The translations under genes were made by a program, and so were the position numbers. A stretch of 64,000 nt of DNA from Octopus sinensis (lineage: Eukaryota). Where the stretch lies: contig NC_043004.1 of the NCBI RefSeq assembly GCF_006345805.1, positions 84,940,001 to 85,004,000 on the forward strand, read 5' to 3'. The notes under the pieces are model-generated. The model was not told where the DNA came from. It ran no database searches and was given only the letters and a program-made list of their open reading frames with translations. Below, in pieces: positions 25,991-38,139 of this stretch (position 1 is its first letter; each line of letters begins with the position of its first letter).

Positions 25991-27099
25991 CATCGTATCA
26001 TTATTTGAAACCAATATCTGCATAATTATACAGGTGTGATGATAATACATACAAATGTATTCTTTAATTCTGTGTAATATCACACTTTACATCTGTCATC
26101 TTTGAATATTATTTTAATATTTTATACATAATAAATTATTATAACATTGAATATCATTTTAATCTTTTATACAAAATAAATAATTATAACGCGGATGCAC
26201 TCTTACATATATATATATGACATTATTGTGCAAAATATGTTTAGAGATCTGCAGATTTCTAGATCTATTGCGTTTTATATTTTGCATCATATAAAAAAAC
26301 CGTTCTGTGATCATTATTTAAAACAATACTGTATCAAGGGGAAAAGAAAAATAATTTGCTGATTGAGACTACCTATGAAGGAATCACATTCCCGAAATTT
26401 GTTATAGAAATAAATTTTATTAATTAGTCTGTGAAGTATAAAGCGTTCATTAAATTGTACAAACATTGTATAAACTCAACCGAAAAATAAAGAAAATAAA
26501 CAAATTTTGTGATATTAAATTCGATCGAAAAGAACTGTGTATTTGTTTTTTTTACTGAATTAAATCATAAAAGAATAGTGTTTATTTTTTTTAGCCATCA
26601 TTTAAAGTTTATAATTAAATTCATTTCTTCATCTGTCTAGTCTCTTAGGTGTCTTAACGCGTTTCATGAAATATGAAAATGACAAATCTATTTCAGATTG
26701 CACTGAGTTATTTCGAGATGTATTTAACTTATAACGACGTACTTGTAAGTAACTATAAAAATATCTGACGTCTTTCGCACGATTTTCAATCATGACATCT
26801 AGAATAATTTTTTGAAGTCAAACGTTAATTAAAAGTTGTAAAACAAAGTCTATTTGTTAAGAATAACAAACCTTGACCATACATACCATTTACGTTATAT
26901 TATGTAAGTGATGTTGTAGAAAATCGTTGGAGTCCTTATAATTAATCCTCTTGACAGGCAGAACCGGTTTAACAACACCTGTTGATCCGTGGGCTTCTTG
27001 GAGAAGACTAAGCTATTTTAATTATTAAGATCATGTCTTTGATATGATAATAGCTTATTATTTTGACATGTTTATTGCTTATAAAATAATCGTTGAGTC

Positions 27100-27560
27100 G
27101 AGGCTACATCCTGCATTTGGTCACATCAAGCGCAAGGTCACTGCAATGGTCGAACGAAAGAGCGAGTGTCGGGTAATGTGAAAAAGTACGATCACAAACA
27201 GTAGTGACCGTACAGGGGTTCGTCCGACGGATCCTTGTGTAACATATTTTGATAGTTTGAATATCTCCGGGAGTCGATTTACATTGAGCCATTACTTCTC
27301 AGCATTGAGAAATCACAGCTTCCGTACTACGGACGTGTGGTTAGAGTTCCGCCAAAAAGGATTGTAAGCCGTGAATACAGGAAAGCGATGGGTAAACCAA
27401 GAATGAGCTGTTTCCATTATATCTACAATCTCACCTGGCCACATTTTGGAATCGAAAAGGGAAGTGCAATGCGAGCTGAAATTAATAGGAGAGGATGAAG
27501 ATGCGCCGGTCAAATCTACTCACCCTATGACCAACACAGGATTAGAGAACCATGAAAATA
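27100..27560 (+). mobile_element. RTE-clade LINE, 3' ORF fragment
   Basis: With frameshifts: EKVRSQ...GFVRRIL..VTYFD..LRESIYIEPLLLSIEKSQLPYYGRVVRVPPKRIV..KAMGKPRMSCFHYIYNLTW. This matches the RTE C-terminal pattern IE.SQLRW.GHV.RM..R..G.RPR.W.D. Confidence 0.65.
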
Positions 27561-28544
27561 AATCCGAGGATTTTCTCAAAATAATACTCATTAATTTTTG
27601 CTATTTGTTAATCTGTACAAGGATGATGAGTTTCGAGAACAAATAAAGAAAGTACACATTGAGGATGTTCGGGACATCGTTGCATTCCATTAATGAAGAT
27701 GATGATGGTAAGCTGACTAAACCTGAAGTGAGTTCTATTTAGGTTCAGGATGTTAAGGATTCATTTTCGTTCATTTTTTTATTTCGATTATCCTGGACAT
27801 GTCACATCTTCGTAGGAGACGTATGTTATTTTAATACTTATAAGCGAAATGAGCAAGACATACGCTTCTTCAGAGCTGAGCAAATCTTGATTGATCGCAT
27901 AGCATTTATCGGTTACAAAATATTCTAGCTCCTCATGGGAAAAGTAGGAATGTACCATCGTAATATTATTCCCTGTTACAAGCTTGAAAAAATTATCTAG
28001 TAAAGTGACATAAATCCTGGATATATAGCGACCCCAGCGTTTCTTCTTCTATAAATGCAACAAAATTTCTGCACAATATATTTTAAATGAATTTAAATTT
28101 ACACACAAATTTCAGATTCCACCCATACAATAGCTGCAGAAATATGTAGCTTTTATTTAGGTTTTGAGTTCTATGTCTGCTCAGAACACCCACCTAACGA
28201 TTGATATCCATTGCAATCACCTCATGTCCTTTCTTTGGCGTGTAACTTTCATCGCACATTCATTATTTTTTGACCTCTCATCGAGTAAGTCTTATTTTCA
28301 CTCGCTAACATTCAGTGTTATAAAGAATCACATTATAGCAATTATAATTTCAAAGGAAGTGAAGAAATATTTTACACGCATAGCAAGGTGAAAAATCAAA
28401 GTATATTCACAGCTTTATGCATCAGCGTATTACTTTGAATGTTAGAAAATGCCATATCGAACAACGTAGTCAAATGCAAATATAAAGCTGATATAATACA
28501 CAGACACATGCACATTTTATTTGTATATATGCATATATATATTA

Positions 28545-28695
<151 letters not shown>

Positions 28696-29055
28696 TGAAG
28701 AGGCACTCATACATACTCACGTAAATGCACCAACATGTGAAAGCATGTGCTTCGGTGGCTGCTAATGTTCTGCATTCTTTTGATTTTTGTAGCCTTTTTC
28801 GAAAGAGCCACAATCACAGAGTTTGTAATTTACTAGACATTCTTTTGAATTTCTGTAAAGTTAAAGAAGAATATTATGTGAAAATTTTATGGCGCTTATA
28901 TTATGCGTTATATTATTCTAGCTACAGTATTATAGCTACAGTAACATCCACTCTTAGTGGTTAGCCATATTGAGATGGCAAATATACTTCACATTGTCGT
29001 GCAGTTACTGCCTATACCTCGTTCAGAGATTTATTATTGCTTTTATATATATATA

Positions 29056-29141
<86 letters not shown>

Positions 29142-29239
29142 AATAATAATATATGTATATATATATATATTTTATATATATATACATATTTGTATATATA
29201 TATGTATTATATGTATATATATATAAATTATATATATAT

Positions 29240-30532
29240 TTCAATTTAAAAAAATTGCAGCGACGCTTCATAAGATGTCTTAATTAACCTTGTTCTGTTG
29301 TTCTCAGTGGATTGCAAAGTTTTTTCTTTTACCTCATTCAATACTTCTTTAAGTGGGTAACATTATTCGCGCAAAGCACATGGATACGGTACTCGATTTC
29401 TTGCCATGTTCGCTGTGGCATAGCCTCATCCATGGTTGCAGTCGAATCTGTTACCGTTTGCTTTTGCTCGCTAATGTTCCTGTATCTTTGTTCGATACAT
29501 GTTATCTTTAACACAGCCACGTAGAAAGGAATCAAGAGGCCTGATATCTGGTGAACGTGGTGGCTACGGAATTGGCTTATCCCTTCCAATCTAATGTTTT
29601 GGATATGTTTGATTGAGGAACTCCCGATCATGCAGTCCCCAATGTGGTGGGGTGCCATCTTGCTGGAAAAATGATAGTCGGTTGAAGTCCTGGAGTTCGT
29701 ACTGCCACATATTCTGTCAAAAAGTCAAGGTAGACATTTTCAGTAATCGATCTCACGTTGAAGAAAAGTGAACCAATAATTCGACAGTTCAAAATCCTAC
29801 TACAGGCATTCATTTTGAGACTATCTCGCTGACCTTTAGCAACGTGTGGGTGTTCTGATCCCCAGATACTCACATTGTGTTTGTTCAGTTTCAATGAAAC
29901 ATGAAAGGTTGCCTCATCACTGAGACAAACTCGCCTGAGGAATGTTTCATATTCAGAAATTAGTTTTATCAGGTGAACTGCAAACTATTATCGTCTTGGC
30001 TCGTTTACCTGATGGAGCTGATTTTGGAAGCGTACAAACGCTGGTTCTTGTGTAATATATTGTAGCTCTAACTGCCTGGCACCAGTACGGAAGGATTTGT
30101 GTGAGAACGAGAAGAAAATTGCTCTAACATGATTAACGCCTTCCTCAGATGTTCTTCGTCGCACATTCCTCTTTCTATCTGTCTATGTCTCTGTCACCAT
30201 AATATTTTGTGCCATGCACGAATTACCGTACGTAATGGTGAATTTCTTCCATACTTTGTTCTGTAGTATCGTTGAGCTTGCGCATCCGTTTTTGTCTCAG
30301 TAAACCATGACACACAGCATGCCTTCTCTTGGGGAGTAACCATTTCTTAGGGGTTCATAAAGAGATAATACCTCTTTAATCTGCAGAATGCTGAAACAGG
30401 AAAATGCAATGTGATCTTTTTAAAATGAAAACCACTGAGCACAACCGAAGAAGTCTGAATAAGATATCTCATCAATAGCCTTTTTAATATATTTTTTTTT
30501 AAATTGTTAAAAGATTTTATGAACAACATGTA
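29240..30532 (-). mobile_element. Tc1/mariner superfamily DD41D (rosa/VS-type) transposon, degenerate
   Basis: ATG at 30343 (MVTPQEKACCVSWFTETK..), NKHNVSIWGSEHP, IIGSLFF and QQD-x41-D (DGTPPHWG..*IGRDKPIP*PPRSPDIRPLD). About 100-bp imperfect inverted ends (29240-29325 versus ~30440-30532). Confidence 0.85.
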
Positions 30533-30608
30533 TATATATATATGTGTGTGTGTGTGTGTATGTATGCATGTATGTATGTATATGTATGCATATGTATATA
30601 TAAGTATA

Positions 30609-30674
<66 letters not shown>

Positions 30675-31046
30675 TATACACATGTATGTGTATATATAAG
30701 CATATGTGGGTGGATGGTGTTTGTGGATGAATAGTAATATATCATATCTGATATGCATTCAGAATAATTGCTGTTTGAAATTTTAAATGGGATATCTACC
30801 AGCTCATATAGAATTGTCTAAGGAAATATAAAGTGTACGTAACAGAAACTAGATTAGTTAATGCATTCGAACACGAAGTTTAAATAGGATCGTTTTCCGC
30901 AATGAAGTTATGGATATTCATTAAATTTTCAATTACCGCAAATATATGAAACCCATCAGCATGTTAGTCAGAATTTAGTAAAAGTACTACAGTACACCTG
31001 ACGCCTTTACTATATGTGTTAGCTCCAAAATCGTGGTTTATATTTG

Positions 31047-31228
31047 CTTCAGATAATGATTTACGTATTTATTTTCTTGGTACGTATATATATATATATA
31101 TATATATATAGATCGTTAGCCACTACATACATTTTTTTTCTCTCCTTGTTTTCTGTGTCTCTTTATGTAGAAGAGCGTAGGCTCGAAACACCACCTGTCT
31201 TCGTCTTGTGTTGTTATTTTCGTAAACT

Positions 31229-31240
<12 letters not shown>
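31047..31240 (+). repeat. Repeat block also present at 34323-34530; contains GAGC-GTAG-GCTC-GAAAC
   Basis: Direct alignment of the two blocks; a related piece lies at 38015-38095 on the minus strand. Confidence 0.75.
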
Positions 31241-31262
<22 letters not shown>

Positions 31263-31266
<4 letters not shown>

Positions 31267-33597
31267 TTAACTCCTTAAAAAATGTTTTAGCCCGAATGCC
31301 GCGGCCATGCTGGGGCACCACCGCTGAATGAGCTACACTAATTTGTGAATCCACCTCTGATACGTGGCACTTGATCAACAAGGGAGTTCGATGCTGCTGC
31401 CCGCATCCGCGTCTCCTGTCGTGAGGTAGGCTCATCTGGGACTCCCAACAAGAAGAGATCCAGTTTAGTTTTAAAGAAACCCACATCCACACCATGTAAG
31501 TCTCTCAGGCATTTAGGGAGGATGTTAAAGAGCTGTGGTCCTCTGAAACCCAAGCTGTTGCAGTATCTGGACCTGTATTTTGATGGTGATGTTGGAATCC
31601 TTGGCACCATGCAGTGGCGCCCCGTTCTGCAGTTGGAGTAACTTTGAATGCCAAAGTTTGGGACAAGACCCTCCAGGATTTTCCAGATGTATATCACCGC
31701 ATATCTCTCCCGCCTCGGCTCTAGGGAGAAGAGGTTTAATACCTTCAGTCTTTCCCAGTAGCTGGTATTTTGCATTGAGACGATTTTCTTTGTGTAGCTT
31801 CTCTGAATTGCTTCGAGTTCTGCTGTTAGTTTTATATTGTGTGGTGACCAAAGTTGGGAGCAGTAGTCCAAGCGGCTGAGGACGAATGTTTTCCATAGGA
31901 CCATCAGTGTCTCCTTCTCTCTTGTTCTGAAAGTTCGGAGAATCCATCCAGCTAGCCGTCTGCATTTTATCACCAGATTAGCAATATGCATTTGGAAAGA
32001 TGCATCATTGCTCATGTCAATGCCCAGGTCACGCACTGATTTTGACTCAGGGATTGCAATTCTTCTTGGGCCAGTGTATCCAGTCTTCACGTCATTTACC
32101 TTTGTGTGCCAGTAGCGCAGGGCCTGGAGCTTACCTGCATTAAACTGCATGTTGTTGTCCTCAGCCCACCTGTATATTGTGTCCAGCTCATGTTGCAGAT
32201 GCGCAATATTTTCAGGGTTTTGTATTGCGTGGGAGACTTTTGTGTCATCTGCATAGCTAGCAAGGGTGGTCATCGTAGCAACTGAAGGCATGTCTGAAAG
32301 GGCCACTATGAACATCAGTGGCCCCAAGACAGTGCCCTGTGGGACACCGCTTGTTATTTGCGTTTCCTTGGAGGTGGCTCCATTGCTCACAACTGCCTGT
32401 TTTCTGTCTTTTAGGAAGTTGTGCAGCCACTCTCCAAGTTTCCCGCCTATGCCGAGACCACGCAGTTTGTGACAGATCATACCATGGTCGACTTTATCAA
32501 AGGCTTTTGCAAAGTCGAGATATATTACATCCACATTTGAGCCATTTAGTAGCTGTTTCAACACCCAGTCATAGTGTTGCAGGAGCTGTGTTAGGCAGCC
32601 TCTACCTGGTCGAAATCCATGCTGGGTGTCAGACAGCAAGTCATTTTCTTCAAGGAACATGATTAGTTTCTTACGGACTATTCGTTCCATGACTTTGCTG
32701 ATGTGTGAGGTCAGAGAGATAGGCATATAATTTTTAGCATCTGCTCTGCTACCTCCCTTATGGATAGGGCATATTACCCCCTCTTTCAATTTTACTGGGA
32801 GCTTACCACTTGCAAGAAAGCTCTGAAAAAGAAGCTGTTGCGGTTTTGCAAGAGCTCGTTTGCACGATTTGAGAAGGATCGCTGGGAATCCATCAGGTCC
32901 AGCAGCTGAGTTTGTGTCAATCTCATTAATGGCTAGTGTGATATCATCATCTTTGATGTTGATGTACTCAATTTTTGTCTCTTTGTCCGCAGGCAAAGTG
33001 GCAAAGAATTCTTCTGGGTTGTTTACTTGCCTGTGTCCTAGAGGTGTAGTGAACACACTTTGGAACTGTTCGTTCAGTATTTCACTTATCCTCGTAGGAT
33101 TTCCTGTGAGAGAACCATCTTTTTGGAAGAGAGGTCCTATTCTCTGGTGCACTGTGGCTGTCTCTTTGGCAAACTTAAAGAAAGCTTTAGGGTTTGATTT
33201 TATATTTTCTATTACCCAAGCCTCTTTATCTGCTCTCTCCTTTTCGTGGGACTGATGTAGACTTTTCTCAGTTTCCATTAGCATTCTTTCGAGCCGAGAC
33301 TTCTCACCACTTTTGGTGTGCTTGCTCAGGCGGTTTGCAATCCTTGTCCGTCGTCTCATAAGAATCCTCCTTTCTCTAGGGATCCTGTTTTTGTTCTTGT
33401 GTGTGCTGGCCCTGCACACTGGGACATATTTGTCACATATGGCTTGTATTATGGACATGAAGTGTTTGTGTTTCATGTTTATGTCCGGTGTGGAGAGACA
33501 TTCAGGCCAATCCTGTTTGAGGATCTCTTTCTCAATCTACTTCCAGTTGGCTTTATGAAAGTTTAAGTTGGAGAGATGGTGGGTGCTTCGTATAGGC

Positions 33598-33600
<3 letters not shown>
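31263..33600 (-). mobile_element. CR1/L2-group (APE-type) LINE, 5'-truncated, in a (TA)n tract
   Basis: Contains the 712-aa RT ORF. Homology continues upstream through a stop (LSNLNFHKANWK*IEK). The 3' UTR carries ggtggtgccccagcatggccgc; (TA)n on both sides. Confidence 0.9.
31338..33476 (-). CDS. LINE ORF2 reverse transcriptase (endonuclease domain missing), 712 aa
   Basis: GPDGFPAILLK, PISLTSHISKVMER, QHGFRPGR, YLDFAKAFDKVDH, SGVPQGTVLGP, YADD, LDYCSQLWSP, YWERLK. Single uninterrupted frame. Confidence 0.92.
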   Translation of the reverse strand: MKHKHFMSIIQAICDKYVPVCRASTHKNKNRIPRERRILMRRRTRIANRLSKHTKSGEKSRLERMLMETEKSLHQSHEKERADKEAWVIENIKSNPKAFFKFAKETATVHQRIGPLFQKDGSLTGNPTRISEILNEQFQSVFTTPLGHRQVNNPEEFFATLPADKETKIEYINIKDDDITLAINEIDTNSAAGPDGFPAILLKSCKRALAKPQQLLFQSFLASGKLPVKLKEGVICPIHKGGSRADAKNYMPISLTSHISKVMERIVRKKLIMFLEENDLLSDTQHGFRPGRGCLTQLLQHYDWVLKQLLNGSNVDVIYLDFAKAFDKVDHGMICHKLRGLGIGGKLGEWLHNFLKDRKQAVVSNGATSKETQITSGVPQGTVLGPLMFIVALSDMPSVATMTTLASYADDTKVSHAIQNPENIAHLQHELDTIYRWAEDNNMQFNAGKLQALRYWHTKVNDVKTGYTGPRRIAIPESKSVRDLGIDMSNDASFQMHIANLVIKCRRLAGWILRTFRTREKETLMVLWKTFVLSRLDYCSQLWSPHNIKLTAELEAIQRSYTKKIVSMQNTSYWERLKVLNLFSLEPRRERYAVIYIWKILEGLVPNFGIQSYSNCRTGRHCMVPRIPTSPSKYRSRYCNSLGFRGPQLFNILPKCLRDLHGVDVGFFKTKLDLFLLGVPDEPTSRQETRMRAAASNSLVDQVPRIRGGFTN

Positions 33601-33637
<37 letters not shown>

Positions 33638-33699
33638 TTTGTAAAGTATATCTACAATCCGAAGAAATAATCACATGTAAAGTTTGGCAATGGTACGTT

Positions 33700-33812
33700 T
33701 ACTATTTTTACTCCTTCACTTGTTTCAGTCATTTGACTGCGGCCATGCTGAAGCACCGCCTTTAGTCGAGCAAATCGACCTAAGTACTTATTCTTTGTTA
33801 GCCTAGTACTCC
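33700..33812 (-). mobile_element. SINE family A, 3' end
   Basis: tgtttcagtcatttgactgcggccatgctgaagcaccgcctttagtcgagcaaatcgacc. Confidence 0.8.
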
Positions 33813-33818
33813 TTTATA

Positions 33819-34296
33819 TGGGTAACATTATTCGCGCAAAGCACATCAATACGGTACTCGATTTCTTGCCATTTTGCTGTGGCATAGCCTCATCCATGTT
33901 TGCAGTCGAATCTGTTACCGTTTGCTTTTGCTCGGTAATGTCCCGTATCTTTGTTCGATACATGTAATCTTTAACACAGCCACGTAGAAAGAAATCTAGA
34001 GGCCTGATATCTGGTGAACGTGGTGGCTACAGAATTGGCTTATCCCTTCTCCTTCCAATCTAATGTTTTGGATATGTTTGATTGAGGAATTCCCGATCAT
34101 GAAGTCCCCAATGTGGTGGGGTGCCATCTTGCTGGAAAAATGATGGTCGGTTGAAGTCCTGGAGTTGTATTGCTACATATTCTGTCAAAGTCAAGGTAGT
34201 CATTTTCGGTAATCGATCTCACGTTGAAGAAAAGTGAACCAATAATTCGACAGCACATAATCCTACTCCAGGCATTCACTTTGAGACTATCTCGCT
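33819..34296 (-). mobile_element. Partial second copy of the DD41D transposon fossil
   Basis: Aligns to 29354-29838 and shares the same two TGG>TAG stops and the same frameshift. Confidence 0.85.
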
Positions 34297-35373
34297 GAAC
34301 TTCTTTAGCGAGATAGTTTCATTCAGATAATGATTTACGTATTTATTTTCTTGGTACGTATATATATATATATATATAGATAGATAGATAGATAGATAGA
34401 TCGTTAGTCACTAAACACATTTTGTTTTGTCTCCTTGTTTTCTGTGTCCCTAGAAGAGCGTAGGCTCGAAACACCCCCTGTCTTCGTCTGTTGTTGTTGT
34501 TTTTCGTAAACTCACCCTTTATATATAAGAGAAAAAAATCTATCAGAAAGGAACTCTATCTCTCTTAAGAAAATATATTTTGATAAGCATAACAATTAAA
34601 TACACTCTCCCTTACTTAAATCATTTTGTCAGCATTTTCTTCATTTCCTTTATATATATATATATATATATATATATGAATTATCAATATGTTTAAATAA
34701 ATTTATTCCAGTTGTCTTTAGATATTCATGTATATAGTGCACCACCATTTGTTGTACTGATCTGATGGAGGAATTAAGGGAATCTAGGTCTCTGCCACAC
34801 ATTTTATTGCATATTTCTTGTATGCACTTGCTAATATTTTAGAGACACTATTATATCAGTTTTATAATGTTAAAATGCCGCATACCCAAACTTGGCGAAA
34901 TGCGTTCTTTTTTTTAAATATTTATTTTTGCTTGCTATAACTGGTTCATTTGTTCAAATTATTGTATCTCTAGATTCTTCAAATATCAAGATATCAAAAA
35001 TTTCCAAACTTCTGGACTTACGACGCTTTTACCTAATAGTAATGATATGTACTTATTTATTTAGATAAATTCTATGTGATATACAGACTCTTTGTTCAGT
35101 TGTTCCATAAGCTTTTTATTGACTCAAGCAATACCGCTGATAATTCAAATTGTTGATACGAGTATATGGAAATATATATTATGTGAATTCATGAAGTATG
35201 TTTCTCAAACGAAATTGATTCATATTATTTTGGAGTTTAATCCAAACCATCAAAAAAAAATACATTATAATTCCGTATTAAAAATTCAAGAATCAGACGC
35301 AGAATTTTCCAACAATGACGACAAAAGTTTGTGGATCTTACATTCAAACCATACGTATAGAACGGACGGGAAA

Positions 35374-35771
35374 TCTTTATATATAAAAGTGAAGTTGTGT
35401 GTCTGTCTCCTACGATTTAGATTCTTAACTACTCCCACATTTTGCGGTGCAGTTTAACCAAAACCGACTATCCTATAGTCGTGATTCATATCGAGGTCTT
35501 CTGGGTATTAGCGCGCGTCTACGATGAGTCTACGATTTTTAAAATAATTTACCATCGTTTTTTCCATTTTAATGCATTTTTTCGCTATTATATAAGGGAA
35601 GTAACTCTCTAAAAATGTCTACGATGAGTCAACGATTTAAAAAAAATTACCACCATTTTTTTTTCAATTTTAATGCATTTTTTTTTTGCTATTTTTTGGC
35701 TATAACTCTCTAAAAATGCTTATATAGTTATTTCCCTTACAAACCCGAGCAACGCCGGGAGATACTGCTAG
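35374..35771 (+). mobile_element. Non-autonomous Helitron, 398 bp
   Basis: Begins A|TC and ends CTAG|T. Subterminal hairpin CCCG-AGCAACGC-CGGG at 35744-35759; internal ~100-bp direct repeat. Confidence 0.85.
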
Positions 35772-35869
35772 TATTAAATAAGCAAACGTTGATTTTTCAA
35801 GTAACATATTAGAAGGGTAGGAATCTTATTACAACAACTTGCAACGATTTCTCAAAAGGATTTACATCC

Positions 35870-36185
35870 TCTTAATTGTTTCAGTCGTTTGACTGTGGCT
35901 ATCCTGAAGCACCCCCTTTAGTCGAGCAAATCGACCCCAGGACTTAGTCTTTGTAAGCCTAGTACTTATTCTATCGGTCTATTTTGCCAAACCGCTAAGA
36001 TACGGGGACGTAACATATATATATATACGACGGGCTTCTTTAAGTTTCCGTCTACCAAATCCGCTCACAAGGATTTGGTCTGCCCGAGGCTATAGTAGAA
36101 GACACTTGCCCAAGGTTCTACGCAGTGGGACTGAACCAAGAATCATATGGTTCGTAAGCAAGCTGCTTACCACACAGCCAATCCT
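35870..36185 (-). mobile_element. SINE family A with internal deletion
   Basis: Head and tail match the 9660 type; the middle segment is missing. Confidence 0.8.
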
Positions 36186-36494
36186 AAGCCTAAGAATATT
36201 TCCGCAATGATGCCGCTCCTCGCTACCAAAGGGAATGCCAACTCCTCCCGCGTCTTTATTTGTTCCATCGTTCCGGATATGGATAGTGTAGTCAGGATTG
36301 CTTTAATTCACTCCGCAATCCATCTCATCAAAGATCAAATTCCACACCTATTTCATTGATCATATAATCGATCCTTTACAAGTATACATCCACACAGTTT
36401 CACCTTTTCCCAAACTAGCTTCTCCTATGTATATAACAACCATAATGATTGCTGCATGCACACACATAGACATGCTGATATACCTACCGTAGCT

Positions 36495-36720
36495 ATTTCA
36501 TTATTGCGCACAAGGGGATAAACATAGAGGGGACAATCAAGGAGAGACAAAGAGATTAAGTCGATTACATCACCCCAGTGCGTAACTGGTACTTAATTAA
36601 TCGACCCTGAAAGGATGAAAGGCAAAGTCGACCTCGGTGGAATTTGAACTCAGGACTTAGCGGCAGACGAAATACCGCTAAGCATTTCGCCCGGCTTGCT
36701 ATCGTTTCAGCCAGCTCGCT
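36495..36720 (-). mobile_element. SINE family B
   Basis: Reverse complement of 48946-49175. Confidence 0.8.
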
Positions 36721-37518
36721 TATATAAATACTATATCAAACACAAATTATACCACCAAACTACCATTTATTCATTCACTCTTCCATATCAAAATACTCAC
36801 TCGCATACATTGAAATTAAGCAGGAGTATTTCACCACTTACATATCCTAGATAAGCCAGCTTAATCACGAATACAATTTCACTATGGTCTATAAAGTCCT
36901 ACGCACTTTCCCACTTTCGCGAGTTTGCTTCATTTTCTTTTTTTTTCTCCAGTTTTTCTCCCTTCTTCCTTATTCTAATGGTCTAATGATAGTTTCCCTT
37001 TACTATTCACAAATACTTTCTACTTATTCTCTTTCCCACACTCTATTTCTGCCTTAATTTTTTTGTTTCCTTTAACATCACTATTAAACGGATTACGTTT
37101 TCACTTCAGGACGTTCTATTTATTAACGTTCATTTAATCATCGACTGACTCCACGAACGTCCATCTTTTTTGACATCCATTTTCCTCATTTCCTTGTATC
37201 TCAATTATCTTTATTGTTTCATTTCCTTTTTGATGAAGTGCAACAATCAAACAGTCAAATTATTTATTGTTTCTCCATTCACTGAACTGAGTATCATTGA
37301 GTTCTTTACTGTTTTGTTGCTACAATTTATTCTTGCTTCAGTTCCCAGTTCCCGTGGATCGTGTACGTTTTCTAATCTCTGTATGCATACAGACTTAATA
37401 ATATATACATACATATATATAAAGATATATATGTAGGTCCCGGGTTGATTCGGGGTTAACCACAGTAAATAAGGTACTCAATACATAGTAGAGTAAAATT
37501 AATTTATTATATAGAAGG

Positions 37519-37569
37519 AGCTTCTACAGGACTAGAACTGTTTCATTCAAGAGAAATCTTCAGGAAGCT
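37519..37569 (-). ncRNA. Type I hammerhead ribozyme motif (minus-strand copy)
   Basis: Exact reverse complement of 37888-37938. Confidence 0.7.
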
Positions 37570-37887
37570 AGTTAACAAGAATTGTATTGGCATTTATACA
37601 TTTAGGCAGGTTAAAGGGGTGTTGGTGGGGGACTTTTTGGGGGTAGGCATAGCGCAAAATATCATACTTGGGGGAGTGGTCAAGGAGTCAGTGTTAAATT
37701 AGATAGAAGAATAAATAAAAAAATAAAAAAATATATAAAAATATATAAAAATATATATAAAAAATAGACTCCTTGACCACTCCCCCAAGTATGATATTTT
37801 GCGCTATGCCTACCCCCAAAAAGTCCCCCACCAACACCCCTTTAAACCTGCCTAAATGTATAAATGCCAATACAATTCTTGTTAACT

Positions 37888-37938
37888 AGCTTCCTGAAGA
37901 TTTCTCTTGAATGAAACAGTTCTAGTCCTGTAGAAGCT
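37888..37938 (+). ncRNA. Type I hammerhead ribozyme motif
   Basis: AGCTTC-CTGAAGA-TTTCTCTTGAAT-GAAA-CAG-TTCTAGTC-CTGT-A-GAAGCT: 6-bp stem I, core, 3-bp stem II (TTC/GAA), 4-bp stem III, GUA triplet. Confidence 0.7.
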
Positions 37939-37959
37939 CCTTCTATATAATAAATATAA

Positions 37960-38007
<48 letters not shown>

Positions 38008-38139
38008 TATATAAAGGGAGATTTTACGGAAAAAACAAAAGATGAAGACAGGTGGTGTACAAAACAAACAGATGTATTAGTATAACGCTCAGGAATATTA
38101 TATATGTATATATATATTATATTATATATATATATATGG

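Larger units (their letters stand above)
37436..37955. mobile_element. Penelope-type pseudo-LTR with an inverted partial copy (188/189-bp arms)
   Basis: 37502-37689 and 37767-37955 are reverse complements with a single 1-nt indel. Each arm carries a hammerhead fold. The Penelope assignment is inferred from the hammerhead plus inverted-LTR architecture. Confidence 0.7.

Noticed and set aside
27256-27498. 80-codon open frame after an AG as a host exon
   Set aside because: The translation matches the RTE LINE C-terminus, and the homology continues upstream through frameshifts.
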